The notes below the pieces were generated by a model. The model ran no database searches, had not been told where the DNA came from, and was given only the letters and a program-made list of their open reading frames with translations. A stretch of 64,000 bases of DNA, from NCBI GenBank assembly GCA_002633005.1, contig NMRA01000242.1, positions 470,868-534,867 of the forward strand, read 5' to 3'. This document shows, piece by piece, positions 63,020 to 64,000 of the stretch (position 1 is its first letter; each line of letters starts with the position of its first letter). The stretch is from Phoronis australis. Lineage: Eukaryota > Animalia > Phoronida. The position numbers were made by a program, and so were the translations under genes.

Positions 63020-63890
63020 AATATTTTTCTGGGCTTTATCTTAAATTTTATAGTTTTGTGCCTATCCAGTACAAGACAGGTCTAGTCAATTGCTTGTTAC
63101 ACCGTGCCTGGAGAATCTGCTCCACCAATTTAAATTTTGATAGTGACGTAGCTATGATTTTCCAGTTATTGCGTTCCAATAGTTACCCTCTGAATTTTCT
63201 GAATAGCTGTAAAAGGCACTTTCTTTCAAAAATGAATGAGGCGGATAAGATAGCTGTTATTGGACCCGAGAAAAAGAAAGTTTTCTTTTCTCTTGGTTAC
63301 ACCGGGCCAAGTAGTATAAAACTGAAAGTCAATTATTTCGCATTATTCATTGTTTATACCCAGCAGTTGAACAGATAGTTGTTTTCAAACCCCTTCGGAA
63401 ACCTTCCAATATGTTGTGTAAACTGAAGTCACCCATCCCTTTATTGAACAAGAGCAATGTTGTGTATAAGGTTGAATGTGACAACTGTAAGGAATTCTAT
63501 ATAGGACTCACACAGAGACGCCTCTGTGACAGGTTGAAAGAACATCACACCTCAGAGAAAAGTAACATGTATAGGCATTGTATTAGATACAATCACCAAG
63601 CCAACTCTGTTAGTATTATCTGCAGAGAACCTAATAAGGAGTTACTGTACATTAAAGAGTCATTGGCCATTCAGAACCAGTATGCCACTGATTCTCTGAA
63701 TAACATGCAGAGCTCAGTGACCCTGCAGCTATGGTGATGACCAGCTACTGACCATATTCTATGTATCTCTCACTTCAGTTTATGGATGTTACCTGAGCTG
63801 TATGTTGGCACTTGTTATCCTATAGTAAATTGTTGTAAATATGATCCTGATGATATCTAATGAAAAGACGAAACGTTGCATTGAAAATTA
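63020..63890 (+). mobile_element. 5'-truncated Penelope-like element (thumb + GIY-YIG) with a 3' hammerhead-like motif
   Basis: GLYL.F.SFVPIQYK.GLV..LLHRA..ICS; NVVYKVECDNCKEFYIGLTQRRLCDRLKEH (GIY-YIG); one frameshift; CTGATGA...GAAACGTT at 63847-63877. Confidence 0.88.
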
Positions 63891-64000
63891 ACTTTTTTTA
63901 TTTTTGCGGCGATCGTCCGGTTTTTGATCACTTTGGTCTCGTACCTGATGTACACCGATACCTAGCTAATACTCGTGTGATCTAAGTAGCTTTCATGTAT

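Overview
Eukaryotic, intron-rich, repeat-rich animal DNA, most likely a marine invertebrate (species not determinable from the sequence). The centrepiece is a tandem pair of minus-strand SAMD9/SAMD9L-like STAND-NTPase immune genes. Gene B is complete (29374..22776). Gene A is missing from the ORF track because it runs off the left edge (5565..<1). In both, a separate upstream CARD exon splices in frame (phase-1 intron, tandem CAG acceptors) onto the single large SAMD9 exon. This predicts CARD-SAM-AlbA_2-SIR2-like-STAND-TPR-OB proteins. In both paralogs the AlbA_2 (Schlafen-like) HEFK and GVxD nuclease motifs are substituted, which suggests a pseudo-nuclease sensor that signals through CARD. 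The two genes share a conserved 5' exon/promoter with tandem kB-like sites. Between them lies a 3'-half NIPA Mg2+-transporter pseudogene, probably carried along by the duplication. The rest is a TE graveyard: two Penelope elements, CR1-, RTEX- and L2/Crack-like LINE pieces, a Polinton pPolB fragment, hAT, ISL2EU-like, Gypsy, Helentron-type and MITE elements, a 1.3-kb foldback nested in a ~10-kb old inverted duplication, and a 342-nt N gap. Domain calls come from motif recognition, not database searches.
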